NCBI GenBank assembly: GCA_965217585.1
Contig: OZ244561.1
Location: forward strand, 6,656,001-6,720,000
DNA: 64,000 bases
Reading direction: 5' to 3'
Source: Candidatus Latescibacterota bacterium
GTDB lineage: Bacteria; Latescibacterota; UBA2968; UBA8231
Below are positions 59,990 through 64,000 of the stretch, one piece after another. The notes beneath the pieces are model-generated. The model saw only the letters and a list, made by a program, of their open reading frames with translations. It was not told the origin of the DNA and did no database searches. The position numbers were made by a program, and so were the translations under genes. The first letter of the stretch is position 1. Each line of letters begins with the position of its first letter.

Positions 59990-60441
59990 GAGCCTTCCGC
60001 ACCCCTCAGGTGATGCACCAAAGCCTCTAGCCCGAGCACGTAGCTAAAACTGCCAAAACCCGCGATTTGCCCTAGACAGACGGGCGCGATAACCGAGTGC
60101 TGGCGAAACGCTTCCCGGGCGTGAACATTAGACAGATGGACCTCGACGGTCGGCACCCCCTTGGCCGCCACGGCATCGCGCAGGGCAAGGCTATAGTGGG
60201 TGAAGGCACCCGGATTGAACAGCAGGCCCTGCGCTTGGGTTTGGTGCAGGGCGTCGATTAGCGCACCCTCGCAATTGGATTGGTGGCAGCGCACCTGCAC
60301 TCCGAGCCGCTGCGCGTGGTCGGCGATCAATGCGTCGATCGCGGCCAAGGTCTCCCGACCATATACCTCGGGCTCACGCGTTCCCAGCAAGTTGAGATTG
60401 GGTCCGTGTAGGACTAGGATGCTAGTCAAATTGACCTCCAC
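59977..60441 (-). CDS. aroQ: Type II 3-dehydroquinate dehydratase
   Basis: [14 protein letters not shown] and EVHLSN motifs. Confidence 0.95.
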   Translation of the reverse strand: MEVNLTSILVLHGPNLNLLGTREPEVYGRETLAAIDALIADHAQRLGVQVRCHQSNCEGALIDALHQTQAQGLLFNPGAFTHYSLALRDAVAAKGVPTVEVHLSNVHAREAFRQHSVIAPVCLGQIAGFGSFSYVLGLEALVHHLRGAEGSQNE

Positions 60442-61303
60442 AGTTTCGCGCTATCACGCAGATCCACGTCCCTTTTGCCAAGATGGTATCGACCTCCAAT
60501 TTAGCTTCGGTGACCCAGCGGCAAAAAGCCGCTTCTTCCCGCGCCAACAAACCCGAAAACGCGACTCGTCCATCCGACGCCAACAAGCCGCGCAAAGGGG
60601 CCAAAAGGGGCTGTAGTACGTGGCTTTGGATGTTGGCCAAGACCAAGTCAAAGGGCCTTTCCGCGACTGCCTCCACCCCCCCCAGTCGCACCTGGACCTG
60701 CCTAGCGCCGATGCGGTTGTGCGCCAAGTTTTCCCGCGCATTGGCCACGGCTTTCTCGTCGACATCCACGGCGAGCACTGGCCCCGCCCCCAGCAATGCG
60801 GCGGCAATGCTGAGAATGCCGCTGCCCGTTCCCAAGTCCAAACAGCGCGCCCCGGGGCGCAGATAACTCTCCAGAGCCTGCAAGCAGAGTTGGGTCGATT
60901 CGTGCGCACCCGTGCCAAAGGCCATTTTGGGGTCTATGCTCACGGCGATTTGGCCCTCGGCTATCTCGACCGGAATCCACGAAGGGTGGACGACGATCCG
61001 CTCGGTGGGCCACACTGGCGCAAAGAACCGCCGCCACTCGGCCTCCCAATCCTGCTCCTCCACGCATTCGGTGCCTATCGGCGACGCCAAGCCGAGCGCG
61101 GCGAGCCTATGCATCAGTTCGCGCCGAACCCCAGCCAAATCGCGCACCGGCTCAGCCGCAAAGTACGCGCTCAACTGAGTCCGCTCCCCTACTTCCTCGG
61201 CCTGGAGTCCACAGCTACCCAACTCGTACGCCCACGCGCTCACATCCTCGGCGCAAGCCGCAGGCACCTCTAGCCGCAAGCAGTGCCAAGCCCGTTTATT
61301 CAC
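60422..61303 (-). CDS. prmA: Ribosomal protein L11 methyltransferase
   Basis: [12 protein letters not shown] and DLGTGSGIL motifs. Confidence 0.94.
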   Translation of the reverse strand: MNKRAWHCLRLEVPAACAEDVSAWAYELGSCGLQAEEVGERTQLSAYFAAEPVRDLAGVRRELMHRLAALGLASPIGTECVEEQDWEAEWRRFFAPVWPTERIVVHPSWIPVEIAEGQIAVSIDPKMAFGTGAHESTQLCLQALESYLRPGARCLDLGTGSGILSIAAALLGAGPVLAVDVDEKAVANARENLAHNRIGARQVQVRLGGVEAVAERPFDLVLANIQSHVLQPLLAPLRGLLASDGRVAFSGLLAREEAAFCRWVTEAKLEVDTILAKGTWICVIARNCGGQFD

Positions 61304-62069
61304 TGGATTCCCAGCGGCGTAGTTCGGCGACTAGCCCATCGCCGATTGCGGCGAAAAGGGGATCGGGCGCGGCCCGTCCTTCATCTCCGCTCTGGCGGAT
61401 TGCAGCCGAGAGGGGCAGCGCACCCAAGAAGGGCAACCCCAACCGCTCCGCGGCCGCGGCCCCCCCGCCGCACCCGAAGATCTCGTGGCGCTGGCCGCAT
61501 TGGCTGCACAGGTAGTAACTCATGTTTTCGACTATCCCGAGAATATCCACCTCGACCTTGGAAAACATGGCGATGCCCCGCTCCACATCCTCCAGCGCCA
61601 CGCTCTGTGGAGTAGTCACGATCAAGGCACCGGACAGGGCTACGGCCTGGCTCAAGGTAAGTGGCACATCTCCGGTGCCGGGCGGCAGATCGATCAACAA
61701 ATAGTCGAGTGGCCCCCACTCTACTTGGTTCAAAAACTGCTGCAACGCCCGCGCCAAGAGCGGCCCCCGCCACACCACGGGCGCGTCCTCGCCCGCGATA
61801 AAACCAATCGACATCAGGGCAACTCCGGCCTTGTACACCGGGCGCATAGTGCCCTCCAGCCCGGTAGCGGGCTGCTGCCTAATACCCATCATCAAGGGAA
61901 TGCTTGGGCCGTAGATGTCGGCGTCGAGCAGGCCGACGCGGGCCCCTTGGGCCGCCAGACTCACGGCCAAGTTGATACTTACAGTTGATTTGCCCACGCC
62001 GCCCTTGGCGCTGGCAATGGCGACAGTATGACGCACTTGGGCTAAGGGGCCGGTTTGGGGAACGGACAA
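61296..62069 (-). CDS. mrp: Mrp/NBP35 Fe-S carrier ATPase
   Basis: KGGVGKS, DADIYGPS, DLPPGTGD and ENMS..C..C motifs. Confidence 0.93.
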   Translation of the reverse strand: MSVPQTGPLAQVRHTVAIASAKGGVGKSTVSINLAVSLAAQGARVGLLDADIYGPSIPLMMGIRQQPATGLEGTMRPVYKAGVALMSIGFIAGEDAPVVWRGPLLARALQQFLNQVEWGPLDYLLIDLPPGTGDVPLTLSQAVALSGALIVTTPQSVALEDVERGIAMFSKVEVDILGIVENMSYYLCSQCGQRHEIFGCGGGAAAAERLGLPFLGALPLSAAIRQSGDEGRAAPDPLFAAIGDGLVAELRRWESSE

Positions 62070-62081
62070 GTGTACCTGCTC

Positions 62082-63224
62082 TTAGGACCGGAAAGCCTTG
62101 CGCATTTTGGCAAAGAAGCTTTCGCCTTCTTTGGCGACGCGCTCTTGTTCGAGCTCGGCTAGCTCGACGAAAAGTTCGCGCTCTCGTCGGCTGAGGCCCT
62201 CGGGAGTCCACAAGACGACCTCGACTAGCTGGTCGCCGACACCGCGGCCGTTGACGTCCGGGATGCCCCGGCCGCCCATGCGGAAGACGCGCCCGGATTG
62301 GGTGCCTGCGGGTATCTTCAACATGGCCTTGCCGGACAAGGTCGGGACTTCTACCTCTGTGCCTAGTGCGGCTTGGCCAAAACCCAAGGGCAATTGGTAG
62401 ATAACGTGGTTGCCATCGCGGATGAAATAGTCGTGCTCTTTTTCCTCTATAAAGACCAAGCAATCCCCGGCCGGCCCACCGCGCGGCCCGACTTCGCCTT
62501 GGCCGCGCAATGGAATGTAGTTGCCCTCTTGGACGCCGGCGGGAATCCGCACCGTCAGGGTCGTTTGGCCGCGCTCGCGGCCCTCGCCCCGGCACTCTGG
62601 ACAGGGATTGGATACAATGTGGCCCTCCCCGTGGCAGGTCGGACACGTCACCACAGTCATCGACGGCCCAAAGAGGGTGCGTGCCATCTGTTGCACTTGG
62701 CCCCGCCCACCGCAAGTGCCGCAGGCCTTGCGGCCCGCTCCACTGGCCGCGCCGGTCCCTTCGCAGCTTTTGCAGCGCTGCAAGCGCGTCAGGGCGATGT
62801 TCTTTTCCACGCCCGTGGCGATTTCCTCTAAGGTCAAGGCCACTTTGATCTTCAAATCGCGGCCTTTCGTCCCCCTCACCGACCCTCGCGACCGCCGACC
62901 CCCACCGAAGAAACTCTCGAAAATATCGCCGAAAATGTCTTGAAAATCGCCAGCGTGCGAAAAGTCCGACCACTGAAAGCCACCGCTGCTGAAATTGCCC
63001 TCAATGCCAGCGTGGCCAAAGCGATCGTACGCGGCCTTCTTCTCTGGATCCGAAAGCACCTCGTATGCTTCGGATGCCTCCTTGAATTGCTCCTCGGCCG
63101 CTGTGTCTCCGGGATTGCGATCAGGATGGTACTTCAGCGCCTTCTTGCGGTAGGCCCCTTTGATCGCTCTTTCGCTGGCGTCTCGCTCGACGCCCAGTAC
63201 CTCGTAGTAGTCCCTTTTGGACAT
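62082..63224 (-). CDS. dnaJ: Chaperone DnaJ
   Basis: HPD motif, G/F region and four CxxCxGxG repeats. Confidence 0.97.
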   Translation of the reverse strand: MSKRDYYEVLGVERDASERAIKGAYRKKALKYHPDRNPGDTAAEEQFKEASEAYEVLSDPEKKAAYDRFGHAGIEGNFSSGGFQWSDFSHAGDFQDIFGDIFESFFGGGRRSRGSVRGTKGRDLKIKVALTLEEIATGVEKNIALTRLQRCKSCEGTGAASGAGRKACGTCGGRGQVQQMARTLFGPSMTVVTCPTCHGEGHIVSNPCPECRGEGRERGQTTLTVRIPAGVQEGNYIPLRGQGEVGPRGGPAGDCLVFIEEKEHDYFIRDGNHVIYQLPLGFGQAALGTEVEVPTLSGKAMLKIPAGTQSGRVFRMGGRGIPDVNGRGVGDQLVEVVLWTPEGLSRRERELFVELAELEQERVAKEGESFFAKMRKAFRS

Positions 63225-63232
63225 TCGGTTCC

Positions 63233-63859
63233 TCAGTTCTCCGCGCTCGCCTTGCTGACGACGACGCGCGCGTAACGGACCACCTTGTCATTGAGTTTGT
63301 AGCCCTTCTCCATCTCCTCAATGACCGTGCCCGGGGGGTACTCACCGTCTGGGACTTCGGCTAGAGCCTCGTGGACTTGGGGATCAAAGGGCTGCCCCAC
63401 CGCCTCGATTTCGGCTAGCCCATAGCCTTTGAGAACGTCGTTGAATTGGCCGCAAATCAACTCGACGCCCTGCTTAAGTGAATCGACTTCTTGGGTCTCC
63501 TGACGAAGGGCGCGGCGCAAGTTGTCCAAGACGGGCGCGACTTGCAGCAAGACATCGCGCAAGGTCTCATCCCGCGCTTCCGTGCGCATCCGCACCGTGC
63601 GCTTGCGGTAGTTATCCAACTCGGCGACCGCCCGCACATAGCGGTCGTAATTAGCCGCCACCTCGGCGCGAGCAGCCTCGAGCTCGGCCAGCCCATCGGC
63701 CTCAGACTCTGCCGCTTCTTCCTCCTGCGGCTCCGCTGCTTTCTGTGATTCCGCCGCTACTACTTCCTGCGACTCCGCCGCTTCCTCCTGCGGTTCGACG
63801 ACACCCTCCGCGCTCGCCTCGTCCACTGCGACGCGGTCCTGAGTTTCGCGCTCGCTCAT
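63233..63859 (-). CDS. grpE: Nucleotide exchange factor GrpE
   Basis: NYRKR, FDPQVHEA and KGYKL motifs. Confidence 0.95.
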   Translation of the reverse strand: MSERETQDRVAVDEASAEGVVEPQEEAAESQEVVAAESQKAAEPQEEEAAESEADGLAELEAARAEVAANYDRYVRAVAELDNYRKRTVRMRTEARDETLRDVLLQVAPVLDNLRRALRQETQEVDSLKQGVELICGQFNDVLKGYGLAEIEAVGQPFDPQVHEALAEVPDGEYPPGTVIEEMEKGYKLNDKVVRYARVVVSKASAEN

Positions 63860-63906
63860 CGACGCTCCTTACTCTTATTTGTGAATTAGATTGGGACAAA
63901 AACCCG

Positions 63907-64000
63907 TTAGCAGATCAGATTCGCCGCTCGGGAGGCCGCGCAATTGACCAAGTTCACCAAGGGCCTGTAAGGCATGCGCGTCGGGCCGATCACGCCGATC
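63907..64000 (-). CDS. hrcA: Heat-inducible repressor HrcA, C-terminal fragment at the window edge
   Basis: Manual translation IGVIGPTRMPY...*; lies upstream of grpE. Confidence 0.85.
   Translation of the reverse strand, partial: IGVIGPTRMPYRPLVNLVNCAASRAANLIC

Noticed and set aside
63690-63810. Repeated EPQEE/AAES units in the GrpE N-terminus
   Set aside because: Low-complexity expansion in a region known to be variable and disordered.
62082-64000. dnaK missing from hrcA-grpE-dnaJ
   Set aside because: Separation of dnaK from this operon is common, so it is not informative on its own.

Overview
Chromosomal window from a GC-rich diderm bacterium. The rplM-rpsI-rpsB-tsf linkage suggests an FCB-group lineage such as Latescibacterota/Gemmatimonadota; this is inference only. 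The backbone is housekeeping, mostly on the minus strand: a Pho-box-preceded porin-pstS-pstC-pstA locus, glgC, qor-S1-trpBA, lysC, recG, a stand-alone murG(HEAT-fused)-mraY pair, rplM-rpsI-rpsB-tsf-frr with no pyrH, ispDF, queA, pyrC, an rnhB-yraN fusion, and hrcA-grpE-dnaJ-mrp-prmA-aroQ. Four accessory patches interrupt it. (i) 6.0-10.0 kb: a PHP/SMC-like ATPase plus a Schlafen/AlbA_2-HATPase gene. (ii) 18.0-23.3 kb: ParB-like, PD-(D/E)xK-like and amino-methyltransferase genes followed by a Schlafen/AlbA_2 pseudogene split by an intact IS; this is the best candidate for an uncharacterised defence system. (iii) 32.0-38.5 kb: a mosaic of gene scars, AAA_14/DUF4143, and an ABC-ATPase + nuclease pair. 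(iv) 43.3-45.7 kb: a third Schlafen/AlbA_2 gene followed by hairpins and a helically phased repeat array. No rRNA, tRNA or CRISPR array was recognised. All family calls come from motif recognition by eye; no database searches were run.
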